This document shows, piece after piece, positions 45,502 to 55,748 of a stretch of DNA of 64,000 nt. This DNA is from a methanogenic archaeon (GTDB lineage Archaea > Thermoplasmatota > Thermoplasmata > Methanomassiliicoccales > Methanomethylophilaceae), in the NCBI GenBank assembly GCA_902763685.1, contig CACWTF010000001.1, forward strand, positions 1,084 to 65,083, written 5' to 3'. The position numbers and the translations under genes were made by a program. Each line of letters opens with the position of its first letter. Positions within the stretch are counted from its first letter, which is position 1. The notes beneath the pieces were generated by a model. That model saw only the letters and a program-made list of their open reading frames with translations. It did not search any database and had not been told where the DNA came from.

Positions 45502-48081
45502 ATGCAAGATAAGGGGCTGACCGCAGAGGAGGTTAGGCAGAGAGCCGCCTCAGGGCAGATAAACAACGTGGAAGACAGACAGAGCAGGGGTTACCTCGAG
45601 ATCCTTGCCAAGAACCTTCTCACCCCCTTCAACGTCATCCTCTTCATCCTCGGTATCGCTCTGTACATCGTTGACGGCCCCATCAACGCCATAGCCACCG
45701 TGGGAGTCATCCTTTTCAACGTGATCATCTCCACCGCACAGGAGTTCAAGGCCAAACGCCGTCTAGATAAGATCGCCCTCCTGATGAGACCGAAGGTAAC
45801 GGTCATCCGCGACGGGGAGGAACAGATCATCGACCGTTCCGAGGTTGTGATCGACGACATCGTCCACATGAGGTCGGGCGACCAGGCACAGGTCGACGGC
45901 GTGGTCCTCGAGGAGAGGTCAGTGGAGATGGACGAATCCCTGCTCACCGGGGAATCCAGCACCCAGAGGAAGCACGCGGACGACAGGATCTACTCCGGAT
46001 CATACTGCGTGACCGGCGACTGCTGGTTCCGGGTGGACAAGGTCGGTTACGATACCTTCTCCTCCAAGATGCTGGCGACCGCCAGGAAGTTCCACAAGAA
46101 GAAGACCCCGCTGCAGACCGAGACCAATATCGTCACCGAGGTCCTGATGGTCATCGCCTTCCTCTTCCTCATCCTGCTGGTGGTGACCGAGATCATCGTC
46201 GGCGTTGACCTCAAGGACTGTCTGAGGGAAGCCGCCATCATCCTCGATATCGTTCCGATTGCTCTATTCCTGCTCATCACCCTCACATACATGATCGCGG
46301 CCGTGAGGATGGCCGATTCCGGCGTCCTCCTGCAGAACTCCAGTTCGGTCGAATCCATGAGCCATGTGGACACCGTCTGCATGGACAAGACCGGTACCAT
46401 CACCACCAACAACCTGGTGTACAACGGTACCGACTACTACGAGGACCAGGAACTCGTCGATACACTGATAAGATGCTTCGTCAGCACCACCGGCAGCAAG
46501 AACCGTACGGTGACCGCCATGGAGGCCCATTTCGGCAACGCGGATGCCGAACTGCTCGACGAGGTGCAGTTCTCCTCCGACAGGAAGTTCAGTGCGGTGA
46601 AGGTGAGGTACAACGGCGAGACCCACACCGTCGTGATGGGTGCATGGCCCTTCCTCAAGGCCAAGGTCCGTGACCATAAGGACGTGGAAGCCAAGCTCAA
46701 GGAGCTCTCCTCCAGGGGCCTCAGGTCCGTGGTGTTCTTCGATGCCGGTTCGGCTGACCTGCACGACGGAGAAGACGTAGTACTCCCGGAACTCAGACTC
46801 ATGGCGGTCATCTCCATCATGGACGAGGTCAGACCCGACTGCAGGGAGATCCTCATGAAATTCATCGACAACGGGATGGACATCAAGGTCATCTCGGGCG
46901 ACGACCCCGAGACCGTCGATGCCATCTTCTCCATCGCGGAGATCCCCGGCGAAAGGAAGATCATCTCGGGCGATGCCCTCGCAGCCCTTCCCGAGAAGGA
47001 ATATACCCAGGCGGTCCTGGAGACCAACATCTTCGGAAGGATGAGGCCCGAGCAGAAGGAGAAGGTTGTCGAGACCCTCCGCAGAGAGGGCCGTTATGTC
47101 GCCATGGTCGGCGACGGTATCAACGACGTGCGTTCCATCAAGAAGGCACAGGTCGGTGTAGCCGTCCAGAGCGGGAGCGGAGCCGCACGCGGTGTGGCTG
47201 ACATGGTCCTCGCCAACGACAACTTCATGGCCCTTCCCCAGGCCATCGTGGAGGGGAAACGTACCGTCAGCGGTATGAGGGACATCCTCAGGCTCTACCT
47301 CTCCAGGAACTTCGTCCTGGCGTTCCTGGTGTTCGTGCTGCTGCTCCTGGGCCGCAACATGCCTCTGATGCCCGTCCAGAACACCGTTTACGCACTCATG
47401 ACAGTCTCCATGTCGGCATTCATGCTTACCCTTTGGGCCCGCCCCTCCGATAACAGGGACATGATCCTGCCCAATGTCCTGAAGTACGTGCTGCCGTTCG
47501 CCGGCGTCACCTGCGTGTTCGCCCTGACGGTCTACCTCGTGTTCTACCTGGAGATCTTCGACATCGAAGGAATGATGGATATGTACGAGGACCTGGCGGA
47601 GAGACTCGGATACAGCAATTACAGTGATATGGCAGCATCCCTCGACCTCGGTACCGAATACAGGGAGGTCGTGGCCCGCAGTGCGATGCTCGCATTCCTG
47701 CTGATGTCCGGAATCGCCCAGCTGTTCATCCTCTTCCCTCCAATCAAAAGGTTAAACATCGACGATCCCGAGAAGAGGTCCGACTGGAAGCCCCTGGTCC
47801 TCATGGTCCTGCTCTTCCTGCTGATGTACGCGTTCTACAGCATCCCGGAAGTGAGCGTGAAGATAGGTCTTACCCTGCCTCTCACCGTGGAAGGATGGGC
47901 GGTCATCATCGCCATGTTCGTGGTATGGGGAATCGCGATGCTCCTCGCCCTCAAGGCGAAGTTCCTCCGCAGGTTCAACGATTGGGGCAACGAACTCGTC
48001 CTCAGGTACTTCATCAGGCTTTTCGAGAAGGAGAACGCCAAGGAGGCCAAGGCCATCTCCGAGGAAGAGATGGATCAGTGA
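45502..48081 (+). CDS. P-type cation-transporting ATPase (CtpE-like)
   Basis: TGES, DKTGTIT, ISGD, MVGDGIND and about 10 TM helices. Confidence 0.93.
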   Translation: MQDKGLTAEEVRQRAASGQINNVEDRQSRGYLEILAKNLLTPFNVILFILGIALYIVDGPINAIATVGVILFNVIISTAQEFKAKRRLDKIALLMRPKVTVIRDGEEQIIDRSEVVIDDIVHMRSGDQAQVDGVVLEERSVEMDESLLTGESSTQRKHADDRIYSGSYCVTGDCWFRVDKVGYDTFSSKMLATARKFHKKKTPLQTETNIVTEVLMVIAFLFLILLVVTEIIVGVDLKDCLREAAIILDIVPIALFLLITLTYMIAAVRMADSGVLLQNSSSVESMSHVDTVCMDKTGTITTNNLVYNGTDYYEDQELVDTLIRCFVSTTGSKNRTVTAMEAHFGNADAELLDEVQFSSDRKFSAVKVRYNGETHTVVMGAWPFLKAKVRDHKDVEAKLKELSSRGLRSVVFFDAGSADLHDGEDVVLPELRLMAVISIMDEVRPDCREILMKFIDNGMDIKVISGDDPETVDAIFSIAEIPGERKIISGDALAALPEKEYTQAVLETNIFGRMRPEQKEKVVETLRREGRYVAMVGDGINDVRSIKKAQVGVAVQSGSGAARGVADMVLANDNFMALPQAIVEGKRTVSGMRDILRLYLSRNFVLAFLVFVLLLLGRNMPLMPVQNTVYALMTVSMSAFMLTLWARPSDNRDMILPNVLKYVLPFAGVTCVFALTVYLVFYLEIFDIEGMMDMYEDLAERLGYSNYSDMAASLDLGTEYREVVARSAMLAFLLMSGIAQLFILFPPIKRLNIDDPEKRSDWKPLVLMVLLFLLMYAFYSIPEVSVKIGLTLPLTVEGWAVIIAMFVVWGIAMLLALKAKFLRRFNDWGNELVLRYFIRLFEKENAKEAKAISEEEMDQ

Positions 48082-48779
48082 AGGGAACCGTGCCTGCCGC
48101 TCATGTCGAGCGGATCGTACTTCCCCTCGTCGTTGAGCTTTATCATCAGGTGCGAAGCGACCCTGGCATCGGATAACGCACGGTGGTCCTGCACCCCGTT
48201 TATGCCTGCAGGGTCCTGACCTTCCAGGATGGTCTTGTACGCGTAATCGAGCTTCGGATAACGGTATTCCTTGACCCCGTAGTACTCGCTCTTCAGCTTG
48301 CATTCGTCCCTGGCGGCGAACATGATGTCCCTGCATTCCATGAACCTCCCTTCGAGGTTCCATGGGAAACGGTAGAGGAACTTGTCGAGGTCGTACTGCA
48401 CGTTATAGGTGGTCAGCCATCTGCCGTCCACGATCTCCAGTACCTCCTTCCTCACCTCCGAGAACGGTTTGCCGGCAGCCACATCTTCCACGGTGAGGTC
48501 GGTGTTCTCGAAGATCCATGATTTCCTCATGTCCTCGGTCCAGGTGCTGACATCGTAACCGACGATGGCGGAGTACACCTCTTTCACAGTACGCTTGCTT
48601 AGGGAGACCTCGCAGATACCGACATCCACGACTATATCCCCGTACTTGCTCCAGTCCAGGGAATCGTAGTCAATATGACGGCTCTTCTTGAAGAACGGGT
48701 CCGCGAAAGGATCGTCCTTGAACTTGGCCCCCTGCAGTCCGGTGGTCTCGGTATCGAGGACCAGGATGGTATCGGGCAT
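48075..48779 (-). CDS. DEDDh 3'-5' exonuclease
   Basis: VLDTETTG, YNVQYD, HRALSD. Confidence 0.88.
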   Translation of the reverse strand: MPDTILVLDTETTGLQGAKFKDDPFADPFFKKSRHIDYDSLDWSKYGDIVVDVGICEVSLSKRTVKEVYSAIVGYDVSTWTEDMRKSWIFENTDLTVEDVAAGKPFSEVRKEVLEIVDGRWLTTYNVQYDLDKFLYRFPWNLEGRFMECRDIMFAARDECKLKSEYYGVKEYRYPKLDYAYKTILEGQDPAGINGVQDHRALSDARVASHLMIKLNDEGKYDPLDMSGRHGSLH

Positions 48780-48956
48780 CTCGATCTCGCCGAAGTATCC
48801 CGTCAGAATCCCTCCTGCCCGTCAATGAAAATAAAACCTTCCGCAACCTCGGACATGAGGGGGTGATGGTATCGCATGTAAATATATTGACACTGCGGCA
48901 GATCCTTCCGCCCGAAACCTCATAAAACCAAATATTCGGAACGTTATGGAGTGGCC

Positions 48957-49151
48957 ATGAGCGGGAAGATCGATCTTAACGGCGAGACCATCGAAGGCGA
49001 AGCGGGGGAGACCATAGAGGCTGTCATGAGAAGGTCCGGCATGGTTCCCGATGCTTTCCTGTTCCTTGTCAACAACAGACCTGTTCCGATGGATACTCCC
49101 ATCACCGACGGCATGAACGTCCGTGCGATAAAGGTCGCATCGGGCGGATGA
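48957..49151 (+). CDS. ThiS/MoaD/SAMP-like ubiquitin-fold protein
   Basis: About 64 aa ending IKVASGG. Confidence 0.85.
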   Translation: MSGKIDLNGETIEGEAGETIEAVMRRSGMVPDAFLFLVNNRPVPMDTPITDGMNVRAIKVASGG

Positions 49152-49988
49152 TCACTGTGCCAGCAGCTTCTCTATGCCTTCGAAGTCGACGCCTGCTTCA
49201 ATCGCCGAATCGATGAGTTTATCGAGGTTCGCCACGAACTCCTTGTGGATGTCCCCGTTTCCGATGGCTCCTCCGTTGTCGGACATGCTGTCCTCCTCGG
49301 GGAACTTCAGGACCTCGTAAGGGACGATACCGTAGCACTTCATACCGGTCAGCTCCTCGATCCTCTCGATACCCGGTGCCAGAATGGAAGCGTCACCTCT
49401 GAAACGGTTGATGACGAATCCCTTCAGCAGGGGGCGGACCTCCTCCGGGATCAGCATCCACGTTCCGTAAATGGCAGCGAAGACCCCTCCGCGTTCGATA
49501 TCGGCAACGAGGATCGAGGTCACATTGCGTGCCCTCATCATGCCGACGTTGGCCATGTCGGTGTCCATGAGATTCAGCTCGGCGGGCGAACCGGAACCTT
49601 CGCAGATGACCGCATCGTACTGTGCCAGCAGTTTGTCGTATGACTCGCATGCCTTCTCCATGACGGCCTTCCTGTCCATGGCACTGTCCCTGTCGATGTC
49701 CATGTAGGGCTTGCCCCTGAGGACCACCTGCATCCTTCCCGGGCCCGAGGGCTTCAGGAGGACAGGATTCATGTCGCCGGTGGGCTCGAGACCGGATGCC
49801 CAGGCCTGGAATGCCTGTCCCATGCCGATCTCTTCTCCGCCGAGGGTCACGTAGGAATTGAGTGAGAGATTGGATGCCTTGAAGGGTGCGACCTTCACGC
49901 CCTTCCTGGCGAGATATCTGCAGAACGCCGCGTCAAGGGTGGTCTTCCCCGCTCCGGACGAGGTCCCGAGAAACAGGAGGGACTTCAT
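49152..49988 (-). CDS. Cobyric acid synthase-like protein, ATPase domain only
   Basis: GTSSGAGKT, PFKASNLSLNS, MNPVLLKP, EGSGSPAE, DIERGGVFA; ends before the glutaminase domain. Confidence 0.85.
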   Translation of the reverse strand: MKSLLFLGTSSGAGKTTLDAAFCRYLARKGVKVAPFKASNLSLNSYVTLGGEEIGMGQAFQAWASGLEPTGDMNPVLLKPSGPGRMQVVLRGKPYMDIDRDSAMDRKAVMEKACESYDKLLAQYDAVICEGSGSPAELNLMDTDMANVGMMRARNVTSILVADIERGGVFAAIYGTWMLIPEEVRPLLKGFVINRFRGDASILAPGIERIEELTGMKCYGIVPYEVLKFPEEDSMSDNGGAIGNGDIHKEFVANLDKLIDSAIEAGVDFEGIEKLLAQ

Positions 49989-51811
49989 TCCTTCCCCTCC
50001 ACTATCCTCATGAACGCATCCATATCCATGCCGGATTCGAATGCGTCGGCGAGCTTGTCGAGGTTCATATCTATGAAATCGTTGTAGTCGCCCGCTTCCA
50101 TACTTTCCGATGCTGGCACTTGTCCTCTGCTTTTGATCTTCGAAAGGAATCTCTTCCTGAACGCGGGCTTGTCGAGCACACCGTGGATGTAGGTGCCGTA
50201 GAGCATCTCGTCCTCCCTGACGGAACCCTCGAGTTCACCCTTACGGTTGTGGTTGGTCATGGAGAACAGGGGTTTCTCCTTCACCTCGGTCTTGGCCATA
50301 TGGATCTCGTATCCTTCGACCTCTCCTCCGCCGTCGATCATGTCGGCACGGTCGCGGACCACGCGTTTCTCGTACCTGTCCCAATAGGTTATGTTGTCGA
50401 AGAGACCGAGGGCCTTGTGCGTACCGGGTTCCCTCCCCTCGATACCGTTGGGGTCCCTGAGTTCCGCACCCATCATCTGGTAGCCTCCGCAGATTCCGAG
50501 GATGGGGACCTTGCCCCTCATCGTCTTGATAGCATCGGCGATGCCGGTCTCCTCCATCCACATGTAATCGTCGACCGTGTTCTTGGTCCCCGGGATCACT
50601 ATTGCATCGGCAGTGGTGACGTCCTCGGGGCAGTCGGCGAAGACCACGGTGGTGTCCTCGGTGTACAGCGGGTCGATGTCGGTGAAGTTGGCAATACGGG
50701 GCAGTTTGATGACCGCGATGCGTTTGGAACCGGTGCCGCGGGTCTTCACCCCTCTGAAAGATTCGGAGTCCTCCTGGGGCAGCTGCACGTCGGCATGGGG
50801 GATTATACCGATCACCGGGATACCGCACCTGCGTGCCAGTTCGTCCGCCCCGGACCTCATCTTCTCGGGGTCTCCGCGTACGTTGTTGAGTATGATTCCC
50901 TTTATGCGTTTCCTGTCCTCGGGCGGGAGGAGTTCCACAGTTCCGATAGCATAGGCGAAGGAACCTCCCCATTCCACGTTGACCACGAGGATGCAGTCCG
51001 CATCGGCGAGTTCCGCCGCACGCATGTTGGCGATGTCCTTGTCGTAGATGTTGATCTCCGCGGGGGAGCCTGCTCCTTCCATCAGCACCAGGTCGAACCT
51101 GTCCTTGAGGAAGTCCACGTTCCTCTTCACGATGTCCCTGCCGGGACCGGGCACGAAGTCGTTGTAATAGGATTGCACGTCGTAGTCGCCGAAGGGCTTG
51201 CCCTCCACCATCACCTGGGATTCGGTGTTGCCCTTGGGCTTGAGGAGGATGGGGTTCATGTGGTAATCGGGGATGGTCAGACCCATGGCCTGTGCCTGGA
51301 GCATCTGCACCATGGCGATCTCGTGCCCTTTGGACGTGACGCGGGAGTTGAGACTCATGTTCTGCGATTTGAACGGGGCACAGAGGTATCCTTTCCTGAG
51401 GAGGATCCTACCCAATGCGGCCACGGTCATTGACTTACCTGCATCGGACGTGGCCCCGACGACCATGATGGCCCTGCCGGGCTTCCAGCATCTATCCATG
51501 GTCTCGCGGAAGATCTCCATCATCCCTTCGTGGTCACCCGCCTCCACCCCCTTCTCCTTTATGCGGGGGAGGGCGAACTCCACGGTCTCGTTGCGGTGGA
51601 TGAACAGACAGTCCTCGCAGGACCATATATCGCCGATCTTGGTGTTCTTCACGAAGTATCCGTTGCGGGGGTCCTCGCAGGGATAGAAGGGGCAGTAGCA
51701 GAAGGTGCAGTTCTGTCCCCTGAAATGGGAGGGATGGTAGGCACAGGAACGGTTGCATCCGATGTTGCCTGCCGCGAGCTCTTCCTCTACTCTCCTCTTG
51801 ATGGTCTTCAT
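49985..51811 (-). CDS. cobQ: Cobyric acid synthase with an N-terminal Cys-rich small domain
   Basis: CTFCYCPFYPC..WSCEDC, GATSDAGKS, PFKSQNMSLNS, EGAGSPAEIN, NFTD, GICGGYQM, GTYIHG. Confidence 0.92.
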   Translation of the reverse strand: MKTIKRRVEEELAAGNIGCNRSCAYHPSHFRGQNCTFCYCPFYPCEDPRNGYFVKNTKIGDIWSCEDCLFIHRNETVEFALPRIKEKGVEAGDHEGMMEIFRETMDRCWKPGRAIMVVGATSDAGKSMTVAALGRILLRKGYLCAPFKSQNMSLNSRVTSKGHEIAMVQMLQAQAMGLTIPDYHMNPILLKPKGNTESQVMVEGKPFGDYDVQSYYNDFVPGPGRDIVKRNVDFLKDRFDLVLMEGAGSPAEINIYDKDIANMRAAELADADCILVVNVEWGGSFAYAIGTVELLPPEDRKRIKGIILNNVRGDPEKMRSGADELARRCGIPVIGIIPHADVQLPQEDSESFRGVKTRGTGSKRIAVIKLPRIANFTDIDPLYTEDTTVVFADCPEDVTTADAIVIPGTKNTVDDYMWMEETGIADAIKTMRGKVPILGICGGYQMMGAELRDPNGIEGREPGTHKALGLFDNITYWDRYEKRVVRDRADMIDGGGEVEGYEIHMAKTEVKEKPLFSMTNHNRKGELEGSVREDEMLYGTYIHGVLDKPAFRKRFLSKIKSRGQVPASESMEAGDYNDFIDMNLDKLADAFESGMDMDAFMRIVEGKE

Positions 51812-51938
51812 GAAGGCACCCTGATGATTCCCTTAATGGGGAACGTGCTAAATAAGAATGACCTGGCATCCATCCGTCATTTTATGTGTTATGAATCCAA
51901 CCTCGGGGAGATCCGTGAAGTTTCAGTGGAGTTTTTCG

Positions 51939-51993
51939 GTTTCGTCACATTTTTCAAGGGACTTTTTTCAGTTTCGTCACATTTTTCAAGGGA
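51939..51993. repeat. 23-bp direct repeat, 32-bp period, in a divergent intergenic region
   Basis: GTTTCGTCACATTTTTCAAGGGA at 51939-51961 and 51971-51993. Confidence 0.85.
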
Positions 51994-52101
51994 GTTTCTG
52001 GAACCGACCTCGTGCGGATTCTCGGAAAACAGTCCCGGGAGCGACCGTGCATCCGCACATAACATACCAGCCTTTATCTAAAATCAAAGGTATTCACGCG
52101 C

Positions 52102-53298
52102 ATGGGATGCGATTTCACCTTCATTCATTGTGCCGACCTCCATCTGGGGAGCAGGTTCTGGGGACTCAGCAGGAAGGACCCCGAACTGGGGAAGAGGATG
52201 TACGAATCCACCTTCAGGGCGTTCTCTAAGATGGTCGACATAGGGAAGGAGAAGGCCGACTTCATGGTCATCGCCGGCGACATCTACGACGAACTGGTCG
52301 AGACACCCCGCACACGCACGTTCTTCGCATCCGAACTGGAGCGTTTCGGGAAACCCGTATTCATGGTCACCGGCAACCACGACCACGTGCACAGCTGGTC
52401 CGACAGCATCCCCTACCCGAAGAACGTGAAACAGTTCAGCACCGTCCCCGAATCCTACAAGGCGAGGGTGAGGGACAGGCAGATAGAGATCGCGGGGGTC
52501 AGCTTCGACGGCCCCCATACCGACGAGAACCTCGTATCCAAGCTCAGGGGCACCCCCGGCATGTTCACCATCGGCGTGGTGCACTGTTCGGTTGACACCG
52601 CGGGGGAGGGGAGCGGCTACGCACCCTGCACCGAACGCGACTTCCTGGGGAAGGACATACAATACTGGGCCCTCGGGCACATCCACAAGAGGATGACGAT
52701 CAGGGAATCGGATCCCGCTGTCGTCTATCCGGGTAACATACAGGGCAGGAACCCGAACGAGAGCGGGGAGAAGGGATTCCTCCTCGTGAGCGTGACCGGG
52801 GACATGATCGAAAGGGAGTTCGTCCCCGTTCAGGATATGGTATGGAAGGACGTGGAGATCGACATAACTGGGAAGACCACCCTCCGCGAGCTGGTGGAGC
52901 AGATCAGACCCGAACTCTCCCGCGATGCGATAGTCTCCCTCACGATAACCGGAAGGGGACCGCTTAACACGGTCATCCGCCGCGACCCCGAGGGATTCGC
53001 TGACAGTCTCGAGAACATGAGCGGCTGCGTCGTCAACCTGAGGAAGGTCATGACCGGCCCGGAGATCGACCTCGAGAGGGAGAGGGACAGCGGTACGTTG
53101 CTCTCGGAGATCATCAAGGCATCGGATTCGCTATACGACAAAACGGATGAGGAGCTCCTCGAGATGCTCTGCTCCAAGGGTCCGGCGGCCGACCTCAGGC
53201 CGTATCTGCAGTACTACGCGGACAAGGGCAAGCTCAGGGAACTCGTGAGGGAGGCGGAGATGTCCGCCATCGGCAGGCTGTCGGAGGTGAGGGAATGA
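52102..53298 (+). CDS. Mre11/SbcD (YhaO-like) metallophosphoesterase nuclease
   Basis: ADLHLG, AGDIYD, GNHD, H..YWALGHIH, YPGNIQGR. Confidence 0.9.
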   Translation: MGCDFTFIHCADLHLGSRFWGLSRKDPELGKRMYESTFRAFSKMVDIGKEKADFMVIAGDIYDELVETPRTRTFFASELERFGKPVFMVTGNHDHVHSWSDSIPYPKNVKQFSTVPESYKARVRDRQIEIAGVSFDGPHTDENLVSKLRGTPGMFTIGVVHCSVDTAGEGSGYAPCTERDFLGKDIQYWALGHIHKRMTIRESDPAVVYPGNIQGRNPNESGEKGFLLVSVTGDMIEREFVPVQDMVWKDVEIDITGKTTLRELVEQIRPELSRDAIVSLTITGRGPLNTVIRRDPEGFADSLENMSGCVVNLRKVMTGPEIDLERERDSGTLLSEIIKASDSLYDKTDEELLEMLCSKGPAADLRPYLQYYADKGKLRELVREAEMSAIGRLSEVRE

Positions 53299-55412
53299 GG
53301 ATCACCAACGTGAGGGTGAAGAGCTACGGTGCCCTGAGGGACCGTTCTTTCACCCTCGAACCCGGACTCAACGTCTTCTACGGCCCCAACGAGGCGGGGA
53401 AATCCACCCTAAGGTCGTTCATCACCATGACCGTGTTCCCCAAGGCGGGACTGAAGTATCCCGTGCAGAAGGGCAGCGACAGCGGTAAGGTGGAGGTGGA
53501 GCTCAGCGACGGCAGCATGAAAGTGTTCGAGAGGGACGGGAAGAGGAGTTCGGGCATCGGTTCCGAACTCTGCGGTATAACCGACAAGGAGTACATCTCG
53601 ATCTATTCCATCTCCCCCGAGGAGCTCCGCGACGTCAAGGGACTGGAGAAGGGGGACATCAGGAACCGTTTCCTCACCATCCCCGGAGGTGCGGACCTCC
53701 CCCGTGCCTACGAGGAGATCGATGAGAGGAGATTGGAACTCCTGCCGGAGACCAAGAGGTCCGCCAAGTGCAGGATCGCTACGCTCATCGCCGAGGAGCA
53801 CCAGAAGGACGTTGCCGTGACACAGTACAAGCACCGCGAGAGCGGGGACGAGAACTACGGCAACCTGGTCAGGAAGAAGGAGGAGCTCGACGGGAGGATC
53901 AGAGCGTGCACCGCGGAACTCGAGAGGGCGGACGCCGTCCGTACCGCATCCCACCGTGCCGAGGGCAGGGCGGACGACCTGAGGAGGATCGCCGAGCTGG
54001 AGGAGAGGGAGAAGGAACTTGCCTACTCCGAGAACACCGACACCGGGAAGCTCGTCCTCCTGGAGAACGAACTGGCGAGGCTCACCGCAGCTGCCAACAA
54101 GGCCTCCGCTGAGGCGGAGGAGGAACGTATGAAGCTCAGGGGCCGCAGGCCGGAGGTGTTCATCCGCAACAAGAGTCAGATCGAGTACCTCGACAGGCAG
54201 TCCGATGAATACTATTATCTCAAGCAGAAGGCGGCCCGTCCTACCGTGCAGCACGAAGAACCCGCCCCCAGCAAGGGACTTCCCGTCATCGCCGTGGCGG
54301 GAGGTGCCATAGCCGCGGCAGGTGCGGTCGCTCTCATGTTCAATACAGTCGCCGGTGCGGCGGTCATCGCCATCGGTGCGGTGGTAGCGGTGTTCGGTTT
54401 CCGCAGATGGAAGAGCACCCCCGCACCCGCCCCCGTACGGCACGAGAGCTACTCCGAGGACAGCTCCCGCATCGCCTACGTGGAGCAGAAGATGGACGAG
54501 GTGGCCCAGGACACCGGCATCGAGAGGAAGGGCTTCCGCAGCGACCTGCAGACCCTAACCGAGATGCTCGTGCTGTCGCTGTCCTATGACAATGCCGTGA
54601 AGACCTCCGCCAATGCTGAATCCGAGAGGAAGAGGGCGGAGAACGACCTCAACCTATTCCTGACCGGCTACGGCGGAAGGGAAAGATACGAAAAGGCTGT
54701 GAAGGACTCCGCCGAGCTGAAGGACGTGAGGTCGCAGCTCAAGGCCCTGAGGGAGAGCACCGCCTCGGTGGAAACGGTCGCTGTCGATTCCCAACAGGCG
54801 GAATCGGATTACTCGGACGCCATGCGGAGGAAGACCGAGCTAGAAAACGAGAGGGCACGCGTCGACCAGGCCATCAGGGACATCACGAACGACACCACCA
54901 TCGAGGATGCCATCACCGAGTGGACCCTGGCGGGAGCGGCGGTGTACAACGCATCGGTGGAATGGGCACGCCTCATGCTCGAGAAGATCATCCTCGACGA
55001 GGCCTCGACCAACGCCTACAGCAGCCACCGCCCCGACGTGCTCACCCGTGCGGATGCGTTCCTCTCGGCCATGACCGACGGGAGGTATCGCATCGACACC
55101 GACCCCCGTGCCACCGAGATAGGGATCGTGGATAAGGGCACCGGCGACGTGAAGACCGTGAAGGAATGGTCCAGCGGACTGGAGGACCAGGTGAAGCTGT
55201 CCATGAAGATGGCGGTGTCGCTCAGCCTGTCCAAGGAAAGGCCCCCGGTCATCCTCGACGATGTTTTGCTGACATCCGACAGCGGAAGGAAGGGCAGGGC
55301 CTGCGAGGCCATCCGCATGCTCTCCGAGGACATACAGGTGCTGTATTTCACCTGCGACCGCGAGACCCGCGACCTGATGGAGAGGGCCGGAGCGAGGGTC
55401 AACGACCTCTGA
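53295..55412 (+). CDS. Rad50/SbcC (YhaN-like) SMC-type ATPase
   Basis: GPNEAGKST, long coiled coil, signature WSSGLEDQ, Walker B ILDD. Confidence 0.88.
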   Translation: MRITNVRVKSYGALRDRSFTLEPGLNVFYGPNEAGKSTLRSFITMTVFPKAGLKYPVQKGSDSGKVEVELSDGSMKVFERDGKRSSGIGSELCGITDKEYISIYSISPEELRDVKGLEKGDIRNRFLTIPGGADLPRAYEEIDERRLELLPETKRSAKCRIATLIAEEHQKDVAVTQYKHRESGDENYGNLVRKKEELDGRIRACTAELERADAVRTASHRAEGRADDLRRIAELEEREKELAYSENTDTGKLVLLENELARLTAAANKASAEAEEERMKLRGRRPEVFIRNKSQIEYLDRQSDEYYYLKQKAARPTVQHEEPAPSKGLPVIAVAGGAIAAAGAVALMFNTVAGAAVIAIGAVVAVFGFRRWKSTPAPAPVRHESYSEDSSRIAYVEQKMDEVAQDTGIERKGFRSDLQTLTEMLVLSLSYDNAVKTSANAESERKRAENDLNLFLTGYGGRERYEKAVKDSAELKDVRSQLKALRESTASVETVAVDSQQAESDYSDAMRRKTELENERARVDQAIRDITNDTTIEDAITEWTLAGAAVYNASVEWARLMLEKIILDEASTNAYSSHRPDVLTRADAFLSAMTDGRYRIDTDPRATEIGIVDKGTGDVKTVKEWSSGLEDQVKLSMKMAVSLSLSKERPPVILDDVLLTSDSGRKGRACEAIRMLSEDIQVLYFTCDRETRDLMERAGARVNDL

Positions 55413-55748
55413 TCGTATCCTTAATTCAATCCAATCCGCGGCCAGTCAGCTTATTATAGAAGTGCGTAAGGCTAATCCTTATAATCTCGAAAAAGGATAC
55501 GACCGCAAGGGAGAGGTCTAAGCCTTCCTGTTCACAATATCACACTAACTCGGCGCGGTCGAGCATGGCTCCTGCGTCATCATTGCCGACAATCCGATGA
55601 GGACACTGCGGCAGAAAAAACAGTCGATAAAATGGGATTACCCTGACAGCGATCCAGCTGTATGACGGGTGCAAACATCAGTACATGTTGTACTGCCGAA
55701 CAGGAAACCGTGTAGATTTTTCCCCGGAACAAAACCCGGAGTGGTTTC

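Noticed and set aside
51939-51993. CRISPR array or cobalamin riboswitch upstream of cobQ
   Set aside because: There are only two repeat units with a 9-nt spacer, no cas genes, and no recognisable B12-box elements.
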